Shown here one piece after another: positions 11,191 through 26,690 of a stretch of DNA of 64,000 nucleotides (positions are counted from its first letter, which is position 1; each line of letters opens with the position of its first letter). The translations under genes were made by a program, and so were the position numbers. The notes beneath the pieces were generated by a model. It was not told the DNA's origin. It ran no database searches and saw only the letters and a list, made by a program, of their open reading frames with translations. The DNA is taken from assembly GCF_009914755.1 (NCBI RefSeq), contig NC_060926.1, one strand, 5' to 3'. Source of the DNA: the human T2T-CHM13v2.0 reference genome, Homo sapiens.

Positions 11191-11820
11191 TGCACCACTT
11201 AAAGTCAGAGCGCCAGTTATTAATCCCCATCAGTTCTGTAAATTAAAACTGAAAAGGAGCTATTACTGCGGAGAGCTGATGTCCCAGTTATTAACTTGGA
11301 AGACAGCTTTTCACCAAGAGGCAGTACAAAGATGGAAGATAACTTCATTGAAAAGAAATACAGTGTAAAGAGCTTATTGTACAAAAATAGGGAGGAGTAG
11401 GCTGATACTGCATGAAAACAGCCTAAGAGTCCTGTGCAGGGATTTTTATTTTGGACTTCTTCACATTCCTACCTCTGTCTCAAGTCTCCGCCTGTTTTCT
11501 TTGGTTTTCCTGCTACTGCCTTAGGTCCCCGACTTGCCCCACTTAGCCTTGTGGGACCTCCTCACTTGATTGAGGTACATGTGTGGTGATCAATCCGAAT
11601 CCACTCTGGCACCAGCCTCCTTCCCACCATACCAGGCAGGCTGACAGCGGTCACGTTTGTATCTACTGCAGCTGCCTCTTTTGAATGTCTTTCTCTGCCT
11701 TAATCTGTACTTATGGTGCCAGGTTTCTCTTAAGAATGTCCCCTTTGTCCTTCTTATCAGCATGTAGCTAGCAATATTCTGACATTTTTATTGCAGAATG
11801 AATGATGATTGGGGCTTCTT

Positions 11821-12123
<303 letters not shown>

Positions 12124-12379
12124 GATTGGGGCATCTTAAGAGAAGTTCTAGGGTGTTTCTGCGTAGGTACCTCTTCTCCCTCCTAACCACAATTGACAAG
12201 TGCCCATCCACTCCAGCACTAGAGATGCTACTAATATGTGCATTTTTGGTGGTCCCTCCAGGTGAGCCTTCACAGACTTTCCCTTTTCCAGGAGCTCCCC
12301 CTCCTGTTCATGTCTAGCTAGCTATCTACTCTAACAGAGCCCACTATCCTGTGTCTTTCCCAAAAATAGTGAGGGAATG

Positions 12380-13790
12380 ATTAATTGGAAACCATAAGAA
12401 ATGATATGCATGTAGATGAAAACTTTACAACTTACACAAATAATCACTCAAAATCATCCTTACACTAAAAATGCAAAACTATACAATTTCTAGAAGAAAC
12501 TATAGAGGAAAAGCTATGTGCCTTTGCGTTTCGTAATGAATTTTAACAAATGACACAGAAGGTTGATATACACAGAAGAAATGACAATGTGGATTTCTTA
12601 ATATTTACAGTTTATACTCTGGAAGAGACCTTGTTAAGAGAACAAAAAGACAAGCCACATGTTGAAGAAAATATTTGCAAAATACAGATCTGAGAATTTG
12701 TATTCAAAATATATAAAAAATTGTTAAAACTAAACAATAAGTTAAACAACCCAATTAAAAATGCACACAGATCTGAACAGACACTTCACCAAAGAAGATC
12801 TACAGATGGCAAGTACACTTACAAAAAGATGCTCAACATACTAGAGAACTGAAAACCACAAAAAGATAGCACAGCTGGTCTATATCTCTTAGAACTGCTA
12901 AGCTCTTTAACAAATGACAAATTGCTGGAGGAAAACCAAGAACTCTTTTCATTGCCAGTGGAACACAGTGTATAAGACCAAACTATGCCACCCCGAAATA
13001 TAATGGTAGGAAACCAGAATATGCAACCCCAAAATATGTCCCTTTGGCTTAAGAATTATTCCAAGCTAATTATTTTGAAAAAAAATGCTAACAAAGGAAG
13101 TTGTGAAAATAGAGAAGTTACTTGTGTAAGGAAAATTTACATCTATAAAGGAAATCACCATTTAAAAGCTACCTCTCTCGACGCCAAGAAGAGAAGGATA
13201 ACTAAATCACTGAAGAGTCTTATCAATGGAGAATGCGTGGACTTAAGTCTGTATAACGCACCTTACCCTTGTCTAATGTGCTTTTGCTGGTTAGCTCCCC
13301 ACTACTGCACCTCAAATCTTCTTTCTTTAAGTTGAAGATAGTATTTATGCTTGAATTGAAAGCCACCTGTTGGAGATTTACTCATTTTTCCCTGAGTATC
13401 TCCCATGTAACCATAAGATATACATGTTTTTAAACTTTTCTGTTTTTCTCATTTTAATCTGTCAGTTTTTACAGAGCGTTCCATCTAAGAATTCCAAAAA
13501 CAGAAAATTATTTTTCCTCCCCTATTACAAGTTGTGCATTTTTTTCCAAAGCTAAACAAGTCTCACCTTACAATCCAAAAATAACATTCCTAAGTATTTT
13601 GACAACTACTTTGATGTTATTTCCCATCAAAAGCTACCATGCAGTTATTTACAGAAGCCCTATTCATAATGACCAAAGGAAAAAAAAGGAATCAGAAAGT
13701 CTTACAATAGATGACTGTGTGGGAATCCACTCAGACATCAAAAGTTGTTATAAAGATTATTTAAATGAAAACATTTGAGATACTGAAGAT
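12380..13790 (+). mobile_element. Old L1M ORF2/3' fragment interrupted by an LTR
   Basis: L1-like A-rich sequence (gaacagacacttcaccaaagaagatctacagatggc, aaaagatgctcaaca). Confidence 0.65.
13005..13528 (+). mobile_element. MER34-like ERV1 solo LTR
   Basis: Begins like gtaggaaaccagaatatgcaaccccaaaatatg and ends ttttcctcccctattaca. Confidence 0.6.
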
Positions 13791-13926
13791 GAAGAAATCT
13801 TACCAGAACTTACTTTATCCAATTAAAGCAGAGCTCCCAGAAAAATACAGCTGCCATTAACCCCATCCAAGGAGTTTCTTGCAAATTCAGCTGCCATGAA
13901 GACAGCGTACTCTTTCGCATTAGCAT

Positions 13927-14930
<1,004 letters not shown>

Positions 14931-16009
14931 TTAAAAGGTTCAAAAAGACCTTTCCATACTCTCCCACAGAAGCCCTAGAAATTGTCATTTTGTTAATCAT
15001 TCTGGATGCCTGAGAACTTGTAATCCAATGAGTAGAAAGTTTGGTACCCCATTTATGGCTGTCAACCTGCCAGTTCTCAGGAGTTTGTATAAGCCTAAAT
15101 CTGAAAGGATCTCATCCCATTAGGACCCTTGTCTCCTTTTCTGTTGCCTTTGCCCACTGGCTATGGCAACAGGGGTCTTTCTTTCTCCTTGGCTATCTTT
15201 GGATATGGGGGCTCCGTCTTCTGTGCCACCTTAGGGAATGCCTTTTGCAGGCATGGCTAAGTCATTAAAAAGCCTACAGTTTCAGTAACATTTTGAGTGA
15301 GCACTCTCTGAAGCTGCGTTGGAATCTCAGGCTTCTTTGTCTGGAAGATAACTCTTGGGCTACAAGTTTCTTATCCTAGCTTTGGTTTTGAGGCCTCTCT
15401 GTTCTCCTCTTGGGTTGGAAGTTATTCCTGGCTTTTTGTTTCAAGGGGTCTCTGTGATCTTGATCTTGCTGCTTTCATGGGAACTTCTCAGTTCACTGAA
15501 TTCTCCCTTCTCAAACCTCTGCTGACTATGTGTTCCACCAATATGGAACTAATTCTACTTCTTTTCCTGTTTGCATGACTTTACTAAGAATTATTTACAA
15601 CTTTAATGGCTCCTTTGAGAAAATTTTTATCTTCCAAATTGCCTCCTTTTAGACCTTTCCTTTCCCAGTTGAGTCTCTCAACTCCCTATAATCACTGAAA
15701 CTTCAGGCACCCCACTCCATGCCTTGGAGGCTCTCAATGTGCTCAAGAATCTGCAAAAGCAAACACCTGGGGCTGAAGAATAAAATAGAAAAAAAATTAT
15801 TTCTCAGCCTCCATAAGATTCTATGTCAAAAAAAAGAAAATCTTTAAAATCTCCAAAAATATTGGTGAGAAAAAAGCCTTAGCCCTCATATGAAGAAGAA
15901 AAAACTTGTTCCATTTTCCAGATACATAGTTATAATACAAATATAAAATGGGGCAAAGACAAAAACCAAGTCTTCTATATAAACTAGTGAATTTTGTAGT
16001 TATTGTAAT

Positions 16010-16861
16010 CACATTAGTCAGGGGTCTCCAGAAAGGCAGAATCAATAGGATATATGTAGACAGATGAGAGAAGATTCATTAGGGGAACTGGTTCACATAA
16101 TTATGGAGGCTGAGAAGTTCCACAATAGCCTGTCTCCAAGTTGGAGAACCAGGAAAGCTGGTAGCATGGCTCACTCCAGATACAAAGGACTCAGAATCAG
16201 GGAAGCCAATGGTGTAACTCTGATTGTGAGGCCAAAGGTCTGAGACCCTGAAGTTCTGATGTCAAGGGCAGGAGAAGAAGGATGTTTCCATTTCAGAAGG
16301 AGATAATTCACCTTTCCTCTTCCTTGTTATTCTATCTGGGCTCTCAACCAATTGGATGCTGCCTGTATTCATCCATTTTTATACAGCTATGAAGAAATAC
16401 CTGAGTCTGAGCAATTTATAAAGAACAAAGGGGTTTAATGGGCTGACAGTTCCACATGGCTGCAGGGGCCTCACAATCATGGCAGAAGGGGAAGCAAAGC
16501 TATCCCTCTTCACATGGCAGCAACAAGAAGTGCTGAGCCAAAGGGGAAAAGCCCCTTATAAAACCATCAGATCATGAGAACTCACTCACTGTCATGAGAA
16601 CATCATGGCAGTAACCACCACCACGATTCAGTCACCTCCCATTGGGTCCCTCCCACGACATGTAGGTATTACAGGAACTACAATTCAAGATGAGATCTGG
16701 GTGGGGACACAGCCAAACCATATCAGTGCCCATCCACATTGGGTCATGGTTATCTCAGTGTCTTCCAGAAACGCCCTCATAGATATGCCCAGAAATCGTG
16801 TTTGACCAGCTGTGTGTGTCTCTCAATCCAGTCAAGTAGACGTCTACAATTAACCATCAGA
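16010..16861 (-). mobile_element. MLT2 (ERVL) LTR, split by a THE1 insertion; its terminus seeds the 93-bp VNTR
   Basis: ttatggaggctgagaagt...attggatgctgcc | gtgcccatccacattgg...ccagtcaagtagac..aattaaccatcaga matches reverse MLT2 consensus as recalled. Confidence 0.7.
16364..16725 (-). mobile_element. THE1 (MaLR) solo LTR nested in MLT2
   Basis: Ends gggtggggacacagccaaaccatatca (reverse of THE1 5' end); 5-bp TSD ctgcc/gtgcc. Confidence 0.85.
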
Positions 16862-18004
16862 ATATTTATGCCTGATTCATGGCTGAAATCGTGTTTGACC
16901 AGCTATGTGTGTCTCTCAATCCAGTCAAGTAGACGTCTACAATTAACCATCAGAATATTTATGCCTGATTCATGGCTGAAATCGTGTTTGACCAGCTATG
17001 TGTGTCTTTCAATCCAGTCAAGTAGATGTCTACAATTAACCATCAGAATATTTATGCCTGATTCATGGCTGAAATCGTGTTTGACCAGCTATGTGTGTCT
17101 TTCAATCCAGTCAAGTAGATGTCTACAATTAACCATCAGAATATTTATGCCTGATTCATGGCTGAAATCGTGTTTGACCAGCTATGTGTGTCTCTCAATC
17201 CAATCAAGTAGATGCCTAAAGTTAACCGTCAGAATATTTATGCCTGATTCATGGCTGAAATCGTGTTTGACCAGCTATGTGTGTCTCTCAATCCAGTCAA
17301 GTAGATGTCTAAAGTTAACCATCAGAATATTTATGCCTGATTCATGGCTGAAATCGTGTTTGACCAGCTATGTGTGTCTCTCAATCCAATCAAGTAGATG
17401 CCTAAAGTTAACCGTCAGAATATTTATGCCTGATTCATGGCTGAAATCGTGTTTGACCAGCTATGTGTGTCTCTCAATCCAGTCAAGTAGATGTCTAAAA
17501 TTAACCGTCAGAATATTTATGCCTGATTCATGGCTGAAATTGTGTTTGACCAGCTATGTGTGTCTCTCAATCCACTCAAGTAGATGTCTAAAATTAACCA
17601 TCAGAATATTTATGCCTGATTCATGGCTGAAATCGTGTTTGACCAGCTATGTGTGTCTCTCAATCCGATCAAGTAGATGTCTAAAATTAACCGTCAAAAT
17701 ATTTATGCCTGATTCATGGCTGAAATTGTGTTTGACCAGCTATGTGTGTCTCTTAATCCACTCAAGTAGATGTCTAAAATTAACCATCAGAATATTTATG
17801 GCTGATTCATGGCTGAAATCATGTTTGACCAGCTATGTGTGTCTCTTAATCCAGTCAAGTAGATGTCTAAAATTAACCATCAGAATATTTATGCCTGATT
17901 CATGGCTGAAATCGTGTTTGACCACTATGTGTGTCTCTCAATCCGATCAAGTAGATGTCTGAAATTAACCATCAGAATATTTATGCCTGATTCATGGCTG
18001 AAAT
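16792..18004. repeat. 93-bp minisatellite, 13 copies
   Basis: Unit gaaatcgtgtttgaccagctatgtgtgtctctcaatccagtcaagtagatgtctaaaattaaccatcagaatatttatgcctgattcatggct; period 93 (31-aa period in the ORF track). Confidence 0.97.
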
Positions 18005-18456
18005 TTCAGGATGAAAGCTATGAAATCTCTATTTGTGTTTGTGTATCTAATAATGTATGTTATGTATATGTGATATTTTCTTAACTCCAGAGAGCATTGC
18101 AAAATTCATTTATGAAATCCTCTAAAAGTGCTCTATTCTAACTTGGCTTGGAAAAAAATAAGCATTTATAAATAAATATTCACCAAACTCCTAGAAATAT
18201 AGGAACTGATCAAATGTTTCTTAAGTTAACATGATTTGGATAAAACTTAGTTAAATAAGATTAATATAGTATTTTTGGTGTAATAAAACAACTATATCTT
18301 CAAAATTATCATTATTGAATATAAAACAAGCATAAATTCCTATTCTGCTTGAGTTCTAGTCAAATAAGCTAATATTATACTTACTAGAAACGTAAAATCT
18401 TAAAGCTTATAGATTTGATTCTAATTAAGTTGTCATTCTTATGAAAAACATTATTT

Positions 18457-18989
18457 TTTTATGCTGAAAAGATACACATATATTTAGAGTTAGCCAGCTG
18501 GACTCAGTTTAGGTGATCCCAATTTTGTTACAACATCGAAAGCATCATAATCAGGAGCAAGTCGAACATATGCCTTCTTCTCTTTATCAGGACAAATCAG
18601 GGTGGTGACCTTGGCCACATCACTGTCATAGAGCTTCTTCACAGCCTGTCTGATCTGGTGCTTGTTGGCTTTAACATCCACAGTGAACACAAGCGTGTTG
18701 TTTTCTTCTATCTTCTTCACGGCCGACTCAGTGGTCAGCGGAAACTTGATGATAGCATAGTGGCCAAGCTTGTTTCTCCTGGGGGTGCTCTTCTGAGGCT
18801 ATCTGGGCTGCCTCCGGAGTCACAGTGTCTTGGGCCGCCTGAAGGTGAGTGACATGCGGATCCTCTTTTTTGCGTGTGGCTGCGGACACCTTTCAACACT
18901 GCCTTCTTGGCCTTTAAAGCCTTCGCTTTGGCTTCGGCTTTAGGAGGAGCAGGAGCTTCCTTCGCTTTCGGTGCCATCTTGTGAAAAGC
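18457..18989 (-). pseudogene. RPL23AP7: RPL23A processed pseudogene
   Basis: ATG at 18977: [30 protein letters not shown] then frameshift, [22 protein letters not shown]...[11 protein letters not shown]; intronless; short poly(A); 14-bp TSD GAAAAACATTATTT at 18443-18456 and 18990-19003. Confidence 0.93.
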
Positions 18990-19725
18990 GAAAAACATTA
19001 TTTCAAAAATAATTTGTTTACAGTAAATCTGCCTAAGAATAGTTTCCAAAGTACTTTTGGTAATTTTTAACCTTAAAGTTAATTTAATTAAAAGATTTGC
19101 ATTAAATATCTAGACCATTTATAAATAAGATACAATACTAAAACATTAATTACTGAACATAAATAATTCAAGTTTATATACTTTTGGCTTCCTATTTTTA
19201 CAGAGAGACTAAAGATATTTTGGCCCGTTAATAAACATGTTTTTTTCTGCCACACTGAGGAATTGTATTATGAGGAAACACATCCCTCTAGATGTTGGGA
19301 GATGGTATATTCATACATTTTCTAACCTACTATAGAATGCTAATATATGACAGTTTATAACTGTCTACTTCCTAGTTTTCTCTGGAAAATAAAAGATTAC
19401 TAAGTATTAAAATTATAATCAATATATGTAAATAAAACTACTAGAAATAATAGAATAACTAGAAACAACTCTATGCAAAGCATGCAAGAAAAGTAGGGCA
19501 TGTTTCGCAAGTAAAGTAGGTTGCATTTTTTATAAGGAAAACCATACAGAAGATACAAATAAAAAGAGATACCTAACCTTCCCTGTGTTATATTTGTATG
19601 GGTAAAATGTTATGTTTTCAGAAATTATATAAAATTCCTGGAAGTTTGTCAATGTCCTCCTTATCCATGCTATGTGCCACTATAGAGTAATGAGTCATAA
19701 TTCCAATTATTACTTTAAATGTTGT

Positions 19726-20022
<297 letters not shown>

Positions 20023-20875
20023 AAATGTTGTCTGCCACAGAAAAAATCGAATATCCTTGTCAGTTGTGGTATAACGAACTCTCATCAGATCTTTCATCAC
20101 AGCCATTTCATACTTTTTGTCATTTAGATATTATTTCCCCCTGATGCTTTCCTGAAAGCTCCTGCAATCAACTACAGGTCAGAATGTTCGTCTCCAAGAC
20201 AGGACTCCCTCTGAGACTCACAGAAAAGACTATGACAGGTACTCTGGTTATAGGCTTCTGATGATATTGCTTAAATAACTTTAAGACCATACACTTGACT
20301 CAGTTAAGGTCTCCAGAAGTCCGGTTGGGAACCTGATGGGTTCATGACACTGCTAACTCAAGATCCACAAGACTGGAATTGATTACATGGCACTGAATGA
20401 ACTGATGAAAATTGATTATAATTGTATAGCTTTTTGGAGCATTGCTGGTTAATATTCTAGTTTCTGGATTTAAGAAATCTCTTTCTCTTACTCTAACTGT
20501 AACTTACAACAATTTAGTAGATTATACTTTTGTAAACAGAAATGAAGCGTTTATCTTTTTTTCTTGCCTGATTTTTCCAGAATTTTGAAATCCTTACTGA
20601 ATACTCTTATTTCCACGATGATATAGTTGTTAGCAAAAGTCCAATAAGAATCTATTCACCTTATAACAGGACATAATTGGAAATTTTGGTTATATTATCA
20701 AGGTTTTTACTGGAATATCATATTTAGGAAGTGTACCTAAGATCAGTTATGACCAGCAATTTTAAGGAAGTAAGGTTGACTTTTATGGAGACAATGCTTA
20801 CAAAGCACTGTGGAAAACTTTGAGGAAAGTTCTTCCTCAAAGATTATAAAGTCACAACTACCCACTATTTTTATA

Positions 20876-20912
<37 letters not shown>
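20876..20912. repeat. (GT)n microsatellite
   Basis: About 16-18 GT units. Confidence 0.95.
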
Positions 20913-20913
<1 letters not shown>

Positions 20914-21333
20914 CCAAATCACTTGTCCTAGCTTGCTCCAGCATGCCTGGACAGAACTAGACAAGCCCCAGCCCATAGTGCATGCCATTCCTTATTTGGA
21001 GATGCTTCCTTAACTATCCCTGGGCAACTTCCTTTTCTTTCTTTCTTCTATTCCCCTTACCTAATTAAGAAAGTTTTAAACTAACAGCCAATCGGGTAAA
21101 GTGTAAAATGGGAGGTCCTATTCCAGCCAATGGAAACTGGACACAGCAGTAGGGTAAACACGTCAGGTTATAAGTAACTCTGTCTCCTTTGTTTGGTGTG
21201 CTCTTGTAGCTGGACAGCTATTGAGTAGCACCCTTTGTGCAGAAAAATAAAGCTCGCCTTGCTAAGAGATCATTTGTTCCCATGTTAGTTCTTTTTTTTT
21301 GAGGGGGGAACATAAAAAACTTCATTCCCAACA
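20913..21333 (+). mobile_element. ERV-type solo LTR, subfamily not determined
   Basis: CCAAT boxes, TATA-like gttataag, AATAAA near 21246, terminal ...cccaaca. Confidence 0.5.
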
Positions 21334-21759
21334 GCACTCTGAGAAAACCCAGCCTGATACCTAGATTACAGGGTTCACAGCCTTATAGGTTAGTAAGGAA
21401 GGTCATTTCCTGATAGGCCCAGGAATTTAGGGATATTTTGGGGCCTCAAGAAGAGAGGAATTCACACAAAGCTATAAGGACTGCAGCTGAAATTTGACAG
21501 TATGTTCTTGGCTTGGCTTTTAGCCTGAATAAGGCCTTTAAAAGTCAAATCTGAGATTCTGTATGAAAACTTCCAGCAAAGAAACCTGAAAGCACCTACG
21601 TGGTCATCTCCTGTTCTTGCTGCACTTACGTAAATAATCAAGCAAAATCTAACAAAACTAGACTTATTTTTAAAACAAGAATAGTCTTACTTTGATTATG
21701 ATCAAAAATGATGGTTACTACAGAGAGAAATTTTATCTTTCAAAGGAAAAGTATAACAC

Positions 21760-22025
21760 AGCCGGGCATGGTGGCACATGCCTATAATTACAGCCCTTTG
21801 GAAGGCCAGGAGTTCAACATCAGCCTGGGCAACATGGTGAAACCCCGTCTCTACCAAAAATACAAAAATTAGATGGGCATGACGGCATGTGCCTGTAGTC
21901 CCAGGTAATCAGGAGGCTGAGGAGGGAGGATCGTTTGCACCCAGGAGGTAGAGGTTGCAGTGAGCTGAGATTGCACCTTTGCACTCCAGCCTGGGCGACA
22001 GAGCCAGACCCTGTCTCAAAAAAAA
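21760..22025 (+). mobile_element. AluJ/S element with internal deletion
   Basis: Alu consensus similarity and A-tail. Confidence 0.85.
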
Positions 22026-22670
22026 TTTTTTTAAAGGAAAACTATAGCCATTGTGAGTTATCAGATTCTAGTCTTGTTTCTTGTTTCTGGGCTATTTTTA
22101 CCTCTTTGTAAACTGGATCCTGCCATCTGATGAATTTTGTCCCACAGTGATACTTGGGGAACAAGAAGCCAAGTATTGTCTCTCCTACTAATGTATCTAT
22201 TGTCAGTTAATTTGAAGGTCTCCAACCCTGGAACAAAGTTAGAAGAGGAAGGTTCTGCTCCCCAAAATGCATAACCAAATTGTGCTACATTCATGTAATG
22301 GAATACTATTTAGCCATAGAAAGGAACAAGATATCAACACACACAAAGACATGAGTGAATCTTGCATGCACATTGCTAAGTGGAAGAAGACAGTCTGAGG
22401 AGGATACACACAGTGTGACCTCATTTAATGAGACACTGGAGAAGGCAAACTACACAGATGGGAAGCCATTGGCTCCATGGGGTGGGGGTTTGAGGCATTC
22501 CATATGATACTTTAATAGTGGGATATCTGTCACAATGCATTTGTCGAAATATGCAGAATTTTACAGCCAAGTGGTTAAAGCAAACTCTATTCAAATTAAA
22601 TCAAATTACTCAGGATGTGGAGTATCCCAGGACAGAATACATCATGTGAAAAAGAATTTATGCTACAAAT

Positions 22671-23114
22671 TACTATGGTTTGGATGTGGTTTGTCCCCAC
22701 AAAAACTCATGTTGAAATTTGACTCCCACTGTGTCAGTGTGGGGCGGTGGGGCCTAGTGGACGGTGTTTGGGTCATGGGGACGGATCCCTCATGAATAGA
22801 TTAATGTCCTCCATGGGGGTGAGTGAGTTCTGTTCTCACAGGAATAGATAATTCCTGCAGGAGTAGGTAATTAAAAAGAGTCTGGCTTCCTTGGCTTCCC
22901 TCTTGCTTTCACTTCTGCTATGTGATCTCTGGTGCACCCCTTGCTCCCCTTCCACTTTCCACCATGAGGTGAAAAAGACTGAGGCCCTGCCAGATGCAAC
23001 TGCCCAATCTCAGACATTCCAGCCACCAGTATTGTGAACCAAATGAAACTTTTTTACTTATAAATTACGCAGCCTCAGGTATTCTGTTACAGAAGCACAA
23101 AATGGACTAAGACA
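22671..23114 (+). mobile_element. MST/MLT1A-type MaLR solo LTR
   Basis: tactatggtttggatgtggtttgtcccc...aactcatgttgaaattt...cctcaggtattctgttacag..aaatggactaagaca. Confidence 0.8.
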
Positions 23115-25338
23115 CAAATCTAGGTAAAAACTTTGAAAATGAATAGAATCTGTAGGCTGAAGGCACATGAACTATACTTCATTATTGGATTCCATTTTAT
23201 AAAGTTCTTTCCAACAGAAGCAATTGTGAACAATTGTAAAACCACAGTGTCTGTATCTGGAATAAAACAATGACTTACATAAGTCGCAGATGGTGGGAAC
23301 CAGGTTTCTTACTGTTGAAGTGGGAGGTTACAAATTAGCAAGGCGAGAAGGCTAGAATGATTCATGTGATAGTAGATCAGAGGTGGAGACATCAACGTAA
23401 ACTTATGTTTAGTTTAATATAGACACACACAGTTCTACATAGAAAACTTTATAATTAGGTGTGTATAGGTAGGTTAGACACACACATATACTTCCTAGCA
23501 TTGCCAATGAGGGAGAAGATACAATGTGTTCATTCAGCAGCCAGATGTAAGTTTTCCTACCATTCTGAAAGGAATCAGGCTCTTTGAAGAAATGTCTGAT
23601 ACTAGAACTGGGACAGTAAATATAGGAACCAGGATAATCTGGAAGTATCAGAAAGTAAGTACTAAAAAAATTAAAACATATCAAAGAAAAATAAGAGCCA
23701 ATAAAAACAGCTACTGATGGCCAACACAGGAATGAATTGTGCAACATAATACTGTAGTGTTGAATAATAACTAAAGCTTAAAGTAATTATCTAGGTGTCT
23801 GTATTTGTATACCTCGGTGAATAAGCAAATGGAGTTGCATAGAAATCTCCTTTGCAAAAGAATTCCAAATAATTGATGTAGACACTCAGCCATCAAGAAG
23901 GTGGAGCCAACTCCTTACGGAGTGAGGCTCTGCATAGTGACTTGCTCCAAAAGAACACATGCAGTATGGACAAGGAGGAGAAATAACCTCACAGTGGAGA
24001 AACCTGACAAACATTAGCTCTTCCAAATGATCCAAGTGAACATCAAAGGTGACAGTTCACCTTGAGAACATGAAGTGACAATGGGGGACATTCTACAACA
24101 TTCCTGACCAATCCTCCTCAGTGCTATGAAGGTCATCATGAGATGGAAAGCCTGACACACTGTCACAGCCAGGAAGAGCCCACGTGATGTCTACATGTCA
24201 TGCGGGATCCTGGATGGGATCCTGGGTCAGAGTAAGATAGAACTAAGGGAATCCAAATGAAATATGAACTTCAGTTAATAATAGTCTATCAGTATTGGTT
24301 CATTAACTGTGACAAATTATGTAAGATATTAATAAGCCATGTGAGACACACTGATAGAAGATGTTAATAAGAGAGGAAACTAGGTTGCGGCTACATGGGA
24401 AATCTCTGCTTTTTTTTGACAATTTCTGTGTAAGTAAAAAAGATGATGTAAAATAAAACTTTATTTAAAACACTGTTTTTTTTGAACACTTCCTTGTTTA
24501 ATTATTTATACCATGAATTACTAGTAATTGACACTGTTAACTAGTCCTGTTTTTTTAAATAAGAGTATTTATGACACAAAAAATTAAACAGTGCAGACTG
24601 ATACATAAATCAAATGTTCTTTACATGTTTTCTGTTGCAGTAGTAACACATATGTGTAAACTTAATTATCACGTTTTTCTTGTGCTGTGGTTGTGTCCTG
24701 AGTTCATTCTCTAAAATGCTGTTCACTTTAGACCAGGAAAAATATTAACCATACAGACTCTGTTTTAATTCATAGCTAAATATTTTCAAAAGAGTGACTT
24801 TGTAAAAATATGTTCCAATGGCAAATTGATTCATTGTGATGGGATCACTTATTCCAAAGACTTCCTGTCTTTATTTTGTTGCCATGCCTACCTTTTAGCC
24901 ATGATACAACAGAATCAAATATTGGCCACTGGGAAAAAATATTCAAAGCAAGAAAGAATGTGAACAGAACTTATGACCATGATGATTCAATGTTTTACCA
25001 CAATGCTTTCTAAAACAGAAGAGTGTAAAAGGATATTCAAAGTCAATTTCCTCAGCGAGGCTTTGCAGAAAATGAGGAAACTACAGAAACAAAAATAGCA
25101 GGACATTCTACGGGTGATTTTAAATGTTGCTATGTTTTATGGGAAAAAAATACTTTACCTTTTAAAGAATCACAAAGAATTATTGGAAACCCAAACTCTG
25201 GAATGTTTGCAAATTTAGTTGAGCTTCTATGTAATTATGTCTATATAGGTAGCCAGGAAGTTGATGATTTTTTAAAAATCTGTGCCTTATTTGTGTGATA
25301 AAATACACAATGAATAATTAATGCTCATAGGAAAACCT

Positions 25339-25783
25339 TATGAAGGGAAAATAAATCTTGGGGACCCAAAATCACTAAGCTAAAGGGAAAAGTCAAGCTG
25401 GGAACTGCTTAGGGTAAACCCGCCTCCCATTGTATCCAAAGTCACCCATCTGCTCACCGAGATAAATGCATACCTGATTGCCTCATTTGGAGAGGGTAAT
25501 CAGCAATGCAAAAGAATGAAACCATTTGTCTCTTACCTACCTATGACCTGGAAGCCCCCTGTCTGGCCTTCTCACCTTTCTGGACTGAACCAATGTACAT
25601 CTTACACGTATTGATTGATGTCTCATGTCTCCCTAAAGTGTATAAAACCAAGCTGTGCCCCGACCACCTTGGGCCCATGTTGTCAGGACCTCCTGGGGAG
25701 GCGTCACGGGCGCACATCCTCAAGATTGGCAAAATAAACTTTCTAAAAAATCTGAGAGCTGTCTCAGATTTTCAGGGTTCACA
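25339..25783 (+). mobile_element. MER4A-type LTR (copy 1)
   Basis: gaaaataaatcttggggacccaaaatcactaagctaaagggaaaagtcaagctgggaactgc...gggttcaca. Confidence 0.8.
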
Positions 25784-26464
25784 CATGTAATGTAGGATGT
25801 CAATGTTTATAAAACAGACATTATTCTATCTACTATTAGAAATATGCTGCCAATTAACCTTACACTTTCTCAACAAAATAAAAAATGTTGATGAGGTACA
25901 AATAATATATCTAAGCTTAAATAGTGTTACAAGTTTTAATATGCCTATTTTTCAATTTTTCAATACTATTTTTACTAATTTAACACTTTAAGTGAATAAC
26001 TAAAACATGAATAAGTGTTTACAAGGGGTGCACATGTTTCCTCCAGCCTCTGCCTATCCCCAGCTTTCATCCCAACTGTCTTGATGGTGGCTCTAAGCAT
26101 TTCTCCTTTCTCTATGCCAAGATCTCTCCCAGAAACAAACCCAAATCTTACTATATGTTATGGCACGCTATGATGATGAGCAGCGATGAGCAGCCGAAGC
26201 CTCAAGGAAGGGATGCTTTTGTAAAACAAGACTTGTAGAATATAACGTGTGAAAGTAAAGCCCATGGCAGAGCTCCCTCCTCAGCACACGGGGAGCAGAC
26301 AGGAAGCTTTTGCCTCACCTTCCTCAATGGCCTGCAGCCACGTCTCCCAGGTCAGTCTTAAGGACAACGAAACTCTGGTCTTCACTGTGGACATGCCACA
26401 CTACCAGGTGCTCCAAAGCCATGGTGACCCATCCGCGGGTGGGTCCTGAGAACAAAGCTCTGGT

Positions 26465-26690
26465 TCTAATCCTAACCCTAACCCTGTCCCAAGACTTTGA
26501 GCCTGAACCTAAATCCTGATCCCTACCCTGGTCCTTAATTCTGACCCTTACTTTAACCCTGACTTTGATCTTGACCCTGACCATGACCCCATCTCTAACC
26601 ATACTTCCGGCCCCGACTCTGACCCAGATCCTAATCCTATGCCTAACCCTATTATTATCTTTACAATCTATCTCTACTCTTACCCTCTAG
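26465..26690 (-). repeat. Highly degenerate interstitial telomeric repeat (CCCTAA-derived hexamers)
   Basis: 6-bp periodicity: cctaaccctaaccctg..gaacctaaatcctgatccctaccctg..ctgaccatgacc..cctaatcctatgcctaacccta. Confidence 0.75.

Noticed and set aside
16739-17962. 407-aa ORF with a 31-aa repeat
   Set aside because: By-product of a 93-bp (multiple of 3) LTR-derived VNTR with one stop-free frame; non-ATG start and no gene structure
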